DNA from: Candidatus Moraniibacteriota bacterium
GTDB lineage: Bacteria > Patescibacteriota > Minisyncoccia > Moranbacterales > UBA1568
Length of the DNA: 64,000 nt
Reading direction: 5' to 3'
NCBI GenBank assembly: GCA_018062205.1
Contig: JAGOSP010000003.1
Location: 17,220-81,219, forward strand
Part shown: in pieces, positions 10,324 to 17,753 of the stretch
How positions within the stretch are numbered: the stretch's first letter is position 1
Layout: each line of letters opens with the position of its first letter
The notes under the pieces: generated by a model
What the model saw: the letters and a program-made list of their open reading frames with translations, nothing else
Told to the model about the DNA's origin: nothing
Databases searched by the model: none
Position numbers and translations under genes: made by a program

Positions 10324-11209
10324 GTTCCACGTGGAACATTAATGAAGTAAATGGAAATTTTACACTGACTCTTGAAATTGTTCCACGTGGAAAATATAAT
10401 TTGTAATTGCTTGATAAAAACGGGAGTTCCTATCCATTCCACGTGGAACAATTTCCAATACAAGGATTCATTTGTTTACTAGATGCAATTTGTTCCACGT
10501 GGAAAAAATTGGTTCCTGACTGAAGATATCTCTCTTCCGGATATTCTTTTACCTTTTCCACGTGGAACAATTTTCGGTACATGTTTATGAGAGATGATAT
10601 TCTCTCTTTGTTCCACGTGGAAAAGAAAAGCGTTTAAATCAAAAACTCAGAAACAGACTTCTTTGTGATTTGTTCCACGTGGAACGTATAAGTTAGTCAT
10701 CCGGAATCAAATAGGCTGTTTAGGTCTTTTGAAGCCAGTTGTGACCCAAAAAAAGGATAAAAATTATTCTTGCCACAATCTTTGAATCCTTTTAAATCGT
10801 TTCACGTGGAACAATTCATGTATTTCGGACTGTCCTCATGAGGAATTATTCCACGTGGAACATTAATGAAGTAAATGGAAATTTTACACTGACTCTTGAA
10901 ATTGTTCCACGTGGAAAATATAATTTGTAATTGCTTGATAAAAACGGGAGTTCCTATCCATTCCACGTGGAACAATTTCCAATACAAGGATTCATTTGTT
11001 TACTAGATGCAATTTGTTCCACGTGGAAAAAATTGGTTCCTGACTGAAGATATCTCTCTTCCGGATATTCTTTTACCTTTTCCACGTGGAACAATTTTCG
11101 GTACATGTTTATGAGAGATGATATTCTCTCTTTGTTCCACGTGGAAAAGAAAAGCGTTTAAATCAAAAACTCAGAAACAGACTTCTTTGTGATTTGTTCC
11201 ACGTGGAAC
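10324..11209. repeat. array of 16 parS-like palindromes [T]GTTCCACGTGGAAC[A]; 15 intact, 1 degenerate TTTCACGTGGAAC
   Basis: Palindrome starts at about 10324, 10380, 10437, 10492, 10556, 10610, 10672, 10799 (degenerate), 10849, 10904, 10961, 11016, 11080, 11134, 11196. Centre-to-centre spacing is 54-64 bp within each 362-bp duplicated unit, with a ~127-bp gap to the degenerate site at 10799. The intervening sequences are unique within a unit. Core TTCCACGTGGAA is invariant. The site matches the Bacillus parS TGTTCCACGTGAAACA / consensus TGTTTCACGTGAAACA at 14-15 of 16 positions. Confidence 0.8.
10325..10686. repeat. direct repeat copy A (362 bp, contains 7 palindromes)
   Basis: Identical to 10849-11210 by eye (offset 524 bp); the ORF track shows identical artefactual peptides (MYWKLFHVEWIGTPVF...) from both copies. 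Confidence 0.85.
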
Positions 11210-11210
11210 A
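10849..11210. repeat. direct repeat copy B (362 bp, contains 7 palindromes)
   Basis: Perfect copy of 10325-10686. Confidence 0.85.
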
Positions 11211-11417
11211 CTAAATGTAGTCTAAAATTTGATTTTATTTTATTTTTATTTTATAATATCAATTAAATAGTCCGTTAGCTCTTCCTCTCTTCTCAAAAAA
11301 ATAATTATTCTCTTTCTATTTCAGAGAAAAACGATTCTCGTTACTCTTTTTATTAAAAACCTAAAAAGTTGACTCTTTGAGAAAGATTTGCCATATTGGT
11401 AATTGTCACAAACTACT

Positions 11418-11490
11418 GGGCCATTAGCTCATTTGGTAGAGCGCTCCCATGGCATGGGAGAGGTGACCGGTCCGAATCCGGTATGGTCCA
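11418..11490 (+). tRNA. tRNA-Ala (anticodon GGC)
   Basis: Acceptor GGGCCAT/ATGGTCC with the G3:U70 wobble pair (the alanine identity element), anticodon loop ATGGCAT, T-loop TCCGAAT. Confidence 0.8.
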
Positions 11491-11661
11491 CACCCAATAA
11501 TACCAATTTTTGGCTACATAAAGCCTTAAAATATAATTCCATACATCGTTGTTCTTACAAATGATGTCACTGGAAACAGAATTTTTCAGTTATTTATTAA
11601 GAAATGGTCTATTTCTAGCTACTAAAAGCGAAGGGTCCTCCCTAAAATATACCGTCTTTTT

Positions 11662-11736
11662 GCCTCCGTAGTTCAATGGATAGAACAAATCCGTCCTAAG
11701 GATGAAATAGAGGTTCGATTCCTCTCGAGGGCACCA
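11662..11736 (+). tRNA. tRNA-Arg (anticodon CCT), CCA encoded
   Basis: D-arm GTTCAATGGATAGAAC, anticodon loop GTCCTAA, T-arm AGAGGTTCGATTCCTCT, 3' CGAGGGC-A-CCA; one C:A mismatch in the acceptor stem. Confidence 0.65.
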
Positions 11737-11813
11737 CGTTGGAAAAGTATGCCTGGGTTAATCTTAAGGCATTTTAAAATAGGGTTTAGGGAAAAATTGA
11801 GCCGAAACATGTT

Positions 11814-12581
11814 TTGATTTCGGTGGAAGAAAATTTATCAATCATAATTTTGAATGAAATTTTCGATGTAGGCAAAACTATGAACCACGTATTTCCTCGT
11901 CCAATCTTTATCCCCCTTGTGATTAGTGTCCTGCTTCTTAATTGGTATTTCATTTTTATTGCTCATAGCCTCACCTTCCTCTATTATGTCCTTTGGCTGG
12001 GAGGATTCGGTATATTTTTCTTGAAGTACCGGAAAAATATAGTCGCTCACTTGGCAAACTGGAACATTAGCCATCCAATCAAGTTTATTCTTCTTGGATA
12101 TGCAGCGGTACTTACGGAAGAATTTACCGTTGCCCTCGTTCATTCTTTCACTGAAGGCTTTTCTCTGCCAGGATTTGGCCAACTCATCTTCCAATTCTGG
12201 GCGTTTAATCTTTTCGCTTTCACCGGCTTCATTTTAGGTTGGTATTTTCTCTTGAAACGCTACCGCTATTCCGCAACAGATCTCTTTTTCATCGTTGGTG
12301 CGTGGGGCCTGTTCTCTGAACACACTCTTACTTTTTTAAGAACGAATACTCTTGCGGCAATACTTTTGATTCTCCCAACAATGAGTACCTATAATTTGAT
12401 AATTACTCCAGCTATCGCCAGTATTTCTCAATTTGGAGAAAAAGAAATGAATCCGTGGAAAAAATATCCTTATTCTTTCCTTGTGATATTTGCCTTTTCT
12501 GTTATCCCTGTGTTAATCTTGGCACTGCTCCGATGGCAATTCCCGGGAGCATTTCCGCCATGTGAATATATTTCTTGTTAA
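11814..12581 (+). CDS. hypothetical polytopic membrane protein
   Basis: 255 aa with 6-7 hydrophobic helices; the true start may be the internal Met at ~11880. Confidence 0.45.
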   Translation: MISVEENLSIIILNEIFDVGKTMNHVFPRPIFIPLVISVLLLNWYFIFIAHSLTFLYYVLWLGGFGIFFLKYRKNIVAHLANWNISHPIKFILLGYAAVLTEEFTVALVHSFTEGFSLPGFGQLIFQFWAFNLFAFTGFILGWYFLLKRYRYSATDLFFIVGAWGLFSEHTLTFLRTNTLAAILLILPTMSTYNLIITPAIASISQFGEKEMNPWKKYPYSFLVIFAFSVIPVLILALLRWQFPGAFPPCEYISC

Positions 12582-12624
12582 ATGTATTCGTCTATCATAC
12601 AATGATTTTTTAAGTCTACCCCAC

Positions 12625-12975
12625 ATGACACATCGCATTGAAAAAATGAATAGCCTGGTAAGAGAAATCTTCAGTGAACTACTCGACCAAGAAATTTCAC
12701 TTAAACAAGGGGTCTTGGTGACTATCGCTAAGGTTGACACTACTCCAGATCTTCGGTACACTCGTGTATCGGTTTCTGTGTTTCCGGAACAGGAAGAAGG
12801 CTATGCTCTCGCTACGCTCCGACATGAACAAAGTCGTCTTCAAAAAGCACTCAACTCTAAGCTCTCAATGAAAATTCGCCCACGAATTCTAATAGAATCC
12901 GATCATACCGAACAGTCTGCGGATGTTATCGAAAAGCTTCTTCGAGAAATCAAGCGAGAAACAAGGGACAATTAA
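12625..12975 (+). CDS. rbfA: ribosome-binding factor A
   Basis: MTHRIEKMNSLVREIFSELL...VTIAKVDTTPDLRYTRVSVSVF matches the RbfA KH-like fold pattern; the track ORF (12562) carries an unlikely N-terminal extension. Confidence 0.75.
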   Translation: MTHRIEKMNSLVREIFSELLDQEISLKQGVLVTIAKVDTTPDLRYTRVSVSVFPEQEEGYALATLRHEQSRLQKALNSKLSMKIRPRILIESDHTEQSADVIEKLLREIKRETRDN

Positions 12976-13061
12976 AACCGACTCTTCTCTTCTGGCTCAT
13001 CGCTTTTTTGATACAGCTCTCCCTGATACGGTAAGACACAAAGCGAGAATCTCTTCTATCT

Positions 13062-14033
13062 ATGCGTGACTTCTCCAAGGAGTGGAAAACTCTCCGTTAT
13101 GTAACAAAAAATGCTTCTCGCGTGCTTCTTTTTGCCCATTCTCGACCAGACCCAGACACGGTAGGTGCGAACATAGCACTCAAATATTTTCTTGAACAAG
13201 AAGGAAAGAAGGTGGACATAGGCTGCTTTGATCATTTTCCGCCCAATCTCCGCCCTCTTTTTGACGAAAAATTCCTCCATCCCGACCTACTAGATCTTGC
13301 TTCTTATGATGCTGTCATCGCCTGCGACAGTGTCGACCGGGGTTTTGACAAGATAGCACCGCATCTTCAGCCAGAAACGGTCACCGTGCTTATTGATCAT
13401 CATCCAGACATCCTCCTTTCGGGAGACATTGTCATTATTGATCCTGAATATTCATCAAGCTCCGAACTGATCTATCTTTTCCTTCAATCGGCTGGCATAA
13501 CTCTAACGAAACCAGTAGCAACGGCGCTTCTTCTCGGACTTATGTTTGATACTGGAGCTTTTCAGCACGCCAATGTTACCGCTCAGGTCATGAGTATTGC
13601 TTCAGAACTCATGCAGCGTGGCGCTCCAGCCAATAGAATTGCCGAACTTATCTTTTCTAAAAAGAAAGTGGCCGCTCTGAAGCTCTGGGGGAAGGCCTTC
13701 GAGCGAGCGCGTCTTCATCCACAGAGTGGGCTTCTCACGACAGTAATTACTCAGCAAGACGTTGATGAATGTGAGGCACTTATTGATGATATCTATCAAG
13801 TCACTACTATCCTCAGCGCTGTGCCGGAAGCAAAGTATGTTTTGGTGCTTTCTGAACGAGAGAGTGGAATGGTACGTGGAAGTCTTCGCTCACTTGAACA
13901 TCACGCTATTGATGTATCAGCGATTGCAAAGACTCTGGGTGGTGGTGGGCACAAACTAGCTAGTGGATTTGAAGTTCCGGGAAAAATTATCGAAACGGAT
14001 TATGGCTGGCAAATAGTCCCAGAGTTTCATTAA
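13062..14033 (+). CDS. nrnA: DHH/DHHA1 phosphoesterase, NrnA-like (oligoribonuclease / pAp phosphatase)
   Basis: AHSRPDPDTVGA (DHH motif I), LIDHHPD (DHH), GGGGHKLASG (DHHA1 GGGH). Confidence 0.75.
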   Translation: MRDFSKEWKTLRYVTKNASRVLLFAHSRPDPDTVGANIALKYFLEQEGKKVDIGCFDHFPPNLRPLFDEKFLHPDLLDLASYDAVIACDSVDRGFDKIAPHLQPETVTVLIDHHPDILLSGDIVIIDPEYSSSSELIYLFLQSAGITLTKPVATALLLGLMFDTGAFQHANVTAQVMSIASELMQRGAPANRIAELIFSKKKVAALKLWGKAFERARLHPQSGLLTTVITQQDVDECEALIDDIYQVTTILSAVPEAKYVLVLSERESGMVRGSLRSLEHHAIDVSAIAKTLGGGGHKLASGFEVPGKIIETDYGWQIVPEFH

Positions 14034-14211
14034 AGTGTTGTTTTCAATAGTACTTTTTAGGATAGCTCATCTTTTTTTGTGATTATTTGTAGTTTTAAAG
14101 AATCATAAAATGAAAAGTTCATTCTCTTACTTCTCTCTTCCAAAAAAATAGATCTGCTACTCTTGAGACTTCTCTCTTCCAAAAAAAGAAAATAATTTTC
14201 GAAAAAGAGCC

Positions 14212-14799
14212 ATGGACAAGGAAAAGATGCTCGCAGAGATACACGCTCGCCATACGAATATTTGTACATGTGCTCTTCGCGAGACAGCTACTCGTGCGGT
14301 GTGGGGGAATGGAAGCGCTCAGGCTGACATTATTTTTATCGGTGAAGCACCCGGAAAGAAAGAAGATCAGGAAGGTATTCCTTTCATTGGATCGGCTGGA
14401 AAGTTTCTCAATGAACTGCTCGCTTCTATTTCTCTGAAGCGAGAGGACATCTATATTACCAATATCGTGAAGTATCGTCCGCCTAATAATCGAGATCCAC
14501 TCCCAGAAGAGAAGGTGGCCTGTAGAGAATGGCTTGTGGACGAAATTAAACTCATTCATCCGCGGCTTATCATTCCGCTTGGTCGACATGCTCTCGAGTA
14601 TTTCCTCCCAGACGCACGTATTTCAGATGTTCACGGACAGATTTTTCAGAAAACGTTTTCTGATCTCGGAAAACGATCCATCATCCCGCTCTACCATCCG
14701 GCAGCCGCACTCTACAATGGAGGCTTGCGAGTCACTCTCAAAGAAGACTTCGGCAAAATTCCAGCACTCCTTAAAACTCTCAAAAAAGTATCTTCGTAA
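14212..14799 (+). CDS. udg: uracil-DNA glycosylase, family 4
   Basis: GEAPGKKEDQEGIPFIGSAGKFL motif (GEAPG..E...G.PF.G.AG) and HPAAALYN near the C-terminus, typical of family-4 UDG. Confidence 0.8.
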   Translation: MDKEKMLAEIHARHTNICTCALRETATRAVWGNGSAQADIIFIGEAPGKKEDQEGIPFIGSAGKFLNELLASISLKREDIYITNIVKYRPPNNRDPLPEEKVACREWLVDEIKLIHPRLIIPLGRHALEYFLPDARISDVHGQIFQKTFSDLGKRSIIPLYHPAAALYNGGLRVTLKEDFGKIPALLKTLKKVSS

Positions 14800-14810
14800 A
14801 CTATTTTTTG

Positions 14811-14893
14811 TGGGCCAGGTGGGACTCGAACCCACATGCTTGTTCAGCACAACATTTTAAGTGTCGCGTGTATACCAATTCCACCACTGGCCC
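14811..14893 (-). tRNA. tRNA-Leu (anticodon TAA), type II with long variable arm
   Basis: Reverse complement folds as GGGCCAG-TG-GTGGAATTGGTATACAC-G-CGACA-CTTAAAA-TGTTG-long variable arm-GTGGGTTCGAGTCCCAC-CTGGCCC-A. Confidence 0.8.
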
Positions 14894-14968
14894 GGAGAGT
14901 ATTGGGGGATTCTATTGGGTTATACAAAGGATATCCCCACCAATACACCTGCATGACTTGAGATTTTG

Positions 14969-15039
14969 AGGTCCGAGGCGGAATTGAACCGCCGTAAAAG
15001 GTTTTGCAGACCTGTGCCTAACCACTCGGCCATCGGACC
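14969..15039 (-). tRNA. tRNA-Cys (anticodon GCA)
   Basis: Reverse complement: acceptor GGTCCGA/TCGGACC, anticodon loop CTGCAAA, T-loop TTCAATT, discriminator U73 (the Cys identity element). Confidence 0.75.
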
Positions 15040-15141
15040 AACTCCTCTAATGTTTAGTGTATCGAAAGGGAAGAGTTGCGTCAATAAAAGGAAAAGTCCT
15101 CCTGGAAAGGAAGACTTTTTCATCTCTTTATTTTTCCTCAC

Positions 15142-15702
15142 TTATTCAACAACATAGGCTTCTAATGTCCTTCGGCCAAAAGCGAATGCTTCATTTTTGG
15201 TTTGCATATAGATATCCACATGATTACCCTTAATAGCACCCCCACGATCTTCACAACGACGTTCACCAATTCCTTCGATGTATATCTTAGTCCCAAAAGG
15301 AAATGCTGGCGGACAGGCGAGTGTTCGGTTCTCTGTTACGTGAAGGCCCGAAGAGGTCACTCCGTTGCTTTTTCCGCATTCATCAGCGGCAGCTGTGTAT
15401 GCTGAAGCATTCACCGTGAATCGTTCTTTGGGCAAATTCGCCCATTTTTCAACCTGTTTTTCTTTCCAGCGATGCAACAATAATTCCTCTTTGCTCATTG
15501 TCTCTTCGGGAGCGGTAACCTCATTGCTATTGGTCACAATCCCAAAGCTCCATTGAAGCAGAAAAGGATCATCTGAAAATTGGTATTTTTTAAAAGATAT
15601 TTCTTCTTGATTTTTATTTTGATTGTTTGTTTGGGCGTGTACGGGGATTATCGGAGTTATCAACAGGATACTCAGGATAGTTCCCATGACCCAAATACGC
15701 AT
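15142..15702 (-). CDS. secreted 3D-domain protein (YuiC/MltA-C-like cell-wall-associated)
   Basis: Signal peptide; ASAYTAAADECGKSNGVTSSG...FPFGTKIYIEGIGERRCEDRGGAIKGNHVDIYM matches the 3D (three conserved Asp) domain. Confidence 0.7.
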   Translation of the reverse strand: MRIWVMGTILSILLITPIIPVHAQTNNQNKNQEEISFKKYQFSDDPFLLQWSFGIVTNSNEVTAPEETMSKEELLLHRWKEKQVEKWANLPKERFTVNASAYTAAADECGKSNGVTSSGLHVTENRTLACPPAFPFGTKIYIEGIGERRCEDRGGAIKGNHVDIYMQTKNEAFAFGRRTLEAYVVE

Positions 15703-15925
15703 AGATTACCGTTAGAATTTTATCCAGAGTCTCCCCTGAGAGCTGGGTTATCGCATTTGATAACTTACTATAATAGCATAATCTATTATTTCTGTCAATA
15801 ACAAATATCTATTTTTTGCTTACATAAAGCACATTGCTACAAGGTTTCATTAATTTTCCACAAAAAAATTCTATAATCAGTTAAAATTGTATCGGCTAAA
15901 AATTCTAACTCATACATTGGATAAG

Positions 15926-15960
15926 CAAAAAGAAAACGGCCCCTTAAAAGCGGGCCGTCA
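15926..15960 (-). terminator. rho-independent terminator (minus strand) downstream of ORF 15994-16407
   Basis: On the minus strand: GACGGCCC-loop-GGGCCGTT hairpin followed by TTCTTTTTGC. Confidence 0.55.
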
Positions 15961-15993
15961 TAACTGATCAAGAGTAGTTCTGGGACAATCAAT

Positions 15994-16407
15994 CTAGGCG
16001 AGCAACTTTATCAGACTCACCATCGGTTCAAGATCACGCGGATCAATGAGCCCGTTGCGACTCTTATAGGGGTGGTCACCAGCTGGTGGGTTCTCAATAA
16101 GAAACCACACCTTCCGAAGAAGAAGCTGTTCGCACTCCCGGCGAAAGGCACAGCGATAATCAGGATCACGAAGATCAAAGCTGGAAATACAACCCACCAT
16201 GACAGTCAGCTCATCATTGTAAGCAATCCTGAACTGCTGGCTGAAGCCAAGCCCCTGGACAGCGCTGATGACGTCACGGATTTGCCGCGCCTCCGCCCTA
16301 GTAATAGATCCGGCCCGGAGCATTTCTCCGATACTTAGCTTTGGCACAACAGCCTGTGTTGAATACAAACCGCACCAAGCGTGTAGAAATGAAGTAACTC
16401 TGTTCAC
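15994..16407 (-). CDS. hypothetical protein in a compositionally atypical (GC-richer) segment
   Basis: 137-aa ORF. Local GC is ~50% against a ~40% background. It has its own downstream terminator and an AT-rich upstream region; no recognisable motif. Confidence 0.45.
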   Translation of the reverse strand: MNRVTSFLHAWCGLYSTQAVVPKLSIGEMLRAGSITRAEARQIRDVISAVQGLGFSQQFRIAYNDELTVMVGCISSFDLRDPDYRCAFRRECEQLLLRKVWFLIENPPAGDHPYKSRNGLIDPRDLEPMVSLIKLLA

Positions 16408-16567
16408 GGCGCACCTCTCTTTTGTAGTTAAGTTAAAAAGTTTTTCTGGAAATTTCTTCGTTAAGAAAACGCCCAGAATAAATCCTTTAAAAAACTACTC
16501 GTGTTAAAAAATGCACTTAGGCTGATTGCGAACTAAAGATATTAGCATAAATTTTTACTTTTGTCCA

Positions 16568-16601
16568 TACAAAAAAGAGGCTTTGAATAGCCTCTTTTTA
16601 A
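16568..16601. terminator. bidirectional hairpin terminator at the end of the minus-strand tRNA cluster
   Basis: AAAAAAGAGGC-TTTGAAT-AGCCTCTTTTTA: perfect 7-bp stem flanked by A-run and T-run. Confidence 0.6.
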
Positions 16602-16607
16602 AACCTG

Positions 16608-16679
16608 AGCGAGTAACGGGAGTCGAACCCGTATCTAGTCCTTGGCAAGGACTCATAATAGCCGCTATACGATACCCGC
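16608..16679 (-). tRNA. tRNA-Gly (anticodon GCC)
   Basis: Reverse complement: GCGGGTA-TC-GTATAGCGGCTATTATG-A-GTCCT-TGCCAAG-GACTA...GGGTTCGACTCCC...TACTCGC-T. Confidence 0.75.
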
Positions 16680-16704
16680 TGTGTTTTCAATGGCACTCTA
16701 GATG

Positions 16705-16777
16705 TGGGACTGGTTGGGATCGGACCAACGACCAAGCGGTTATGAGCCGCGCGCTCTACCACTGAGCTACAGTCCCA
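16705..16777 (-). tRNA. tRNA-Met elongator (anticodon CAT; tRNA-Ile2/lysidine cannot be excluded)
   Basis: Reverse complement: GGGACTG-TA-GCTCAGTGGTAGAGC...anticodon loop CTCATAA...GTTGGTCCGATCCCAAC-CAGTCCC-A. G1:C72 pairs and there are no three G:C pairs in the anticodon stem, so it is not an initiator. Confidence 0.7.
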
Positions 16778-16793
16778 TCGTCAAACCCGTCAG

Positions 16794-16865
16794 TGCCGGA
16801 GGGCAGGATTGAACTGCCGACGCAAGGATTTTCAGTCCTTCGCTCTACCACTGAGCTACTCCGGC
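16794..16865 (-). tRNA. tRNA-Phe (anticodon GAA)
   Basis: Reverse complement: GCCGGAG-TA-GCTCAGTGGTAGAGC-G-AAGGA-CTGAAAA-TCCTT...GGCAGTTCAATCCTGCC-CTCCGGC-A. Confidence 0.85.
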
Positions 16866-16955
16866 CTCTCTATGCAAGCACTCTCTCTATTATCCACACC
16901 CTCTCCAAAAAATCAACTCTCCCGTTCAAAAACGCTAGACTCTCAAAAAGTCCTG

Positions 16956-17029
16956 TGGGCAATGGAGGACTCGAACCTCCGACCCTCTCGGTGTAAACGA
17001 GATGCTCTAACCAACTGAGCTAATTGCCC
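16956..17029 (-). tRNA. tRNA-Val (anticodon TAC)
   Basis: Reverse complement: GGGCAAT-TA-GCTCAGTTGGTTAGAGC-A-TCTCG-TTTACAC-CGAGA...GGAGGTTCGAGTCCTCC-ATTGCCC-A. Confidence 0.85.
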
Positions 17030-17121
17030 TTATATTTTCTCTTACAACCTTGTTTATTGTAAACGATACCGAGTAAAGAAGAAAGCTGGCTACCTTGCGA
17101 GTGAACCAGCTTTTTTTCTTG

Positions 17122-17205
17122 TGCCCAAGAGAGGACTTGAACCTCCAATCCCTTGCGGGAACTAGCACCTCAAGCTAGCGCGTATACCAATTCCGCCACC
17201 TGGGC
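17122..17205 (-). tRNA. tRNA-Leu (anticodon GAG), type II
   Basis: Reverse complement: GCCCAGG-TG-GCGGAATTGGTATACGC-G-CTAGC-TTGAGGT-GCTAG-long variable arm TTCCCGCAAGGGAT-TGGAGGTTCAAGTCCTC...CTTGGGC-A. Confidence 0.75.
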
Positions 17206-17226
17206 TCATGAAGGATTGCTCCTTCT

Positions 17227-17661
17227 CTATTCCACCACAACATCACTCACAGCCTCTACGGCTTCTCCTTTTTCTTCTTTCACGCTAGAGACTTCCTTCA
17301 CTTTCAGCTTCACTTCCTTCAATTTCTTGGAAAGCACTTTCACTGACTTATCACGAACAAAATACAATTTAGCGCGACGAGCACGGGTACGCTTGATGAA
17401 TTCAATACGGTCAATCTGTGGTGAATACAAAGGAAGAACCAATTCCACACCCACACCGAAGGAAACTTTCCGAACGGTTATCGTTGGGGAAGAGCTCTGT
17501 CCACCGCGCAAAGCGATAACTGATCCTTGAAAGGCCTGGAGACGTTCTTTGCTCCCTTCTTTGATTTTACGAAAAATCTTCACGACATCCCCAACATGGA
17601 TATCTGGAAATTGCTTCGTATCACGAATAACTTTATTAAAAGCGATAAGCTCTTGATGCAT
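17227..17661 (-). CDS. rplS: 50S ribosomal protein L19
   Basis: FPDIHVGDVVKIFRKIKEGSKERLQAFQGSVIALRGGQSSSPTITVRKVSFGVGVELVLPLYSPQIDRIEFIKRTRARRAKLYFVR matches the L19 signature; a Lys/Glu/Val-rich C-terminal tail is appended. Confidence 0.85.
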   Translation of the reverse strand: MHQELIAFNKVIRDTKQFPDIHVGDVVKIFRKIKEGSKERLQAFQGSVIALRGGQSSSPTITVRKVSFGVGVELVLPLYSPQIDRIEFIKRTRARRAKLYFVRDKSVKVLSKKLKEVKLKVKEVSSVKEEKGEAVEAVSDVVVE

Positions 17662-17753
17662 AGCCTTACAACAAAAATCGGTTTAGTGAGTTTTCCACAA
17701 CAGACGAAACCACGGTTTCAACCGTGATTCCAAGGTCTCACTAGCATAACGAA

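Noticed and set aside
10236-10987. Track ORFs 10236-10463 (-) and 10802-10987 (-) with identical N-termini (MYWKLFHVEWIGTPVF...)
   Set aside because: They are translations of the two copies of the 362-bp palindrome-bearing repeat (HVEW = CACGTGGAA read in frame). AT-rich, no RBS, identical only because the DNA is duplicated. Treated as non-coding.
10324-11209. CRISPR-array interpretation of the regularly spaced repeats
   Set aside because: Repeat unit is only 12-16 bp (CRISPR repeats are 23 bp or longer). 'Spacers' are 40-50 bp. Seven repeat-spacer units are duplicated en bloc with perfect identity. No cas genes in the window. The palindrome matches parS instead.
17085-17120. Hairpin GCTGGCTACCTTGCGAGTGAACCAGC + T7 between tRNA-Val(TAC) and tRNA-Leu(GAG) as an independent regulatory element
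   Set aside because: Most simply an intra-cluster or bidirectional terminator/processing hairpin; nothing beyond that is supported.
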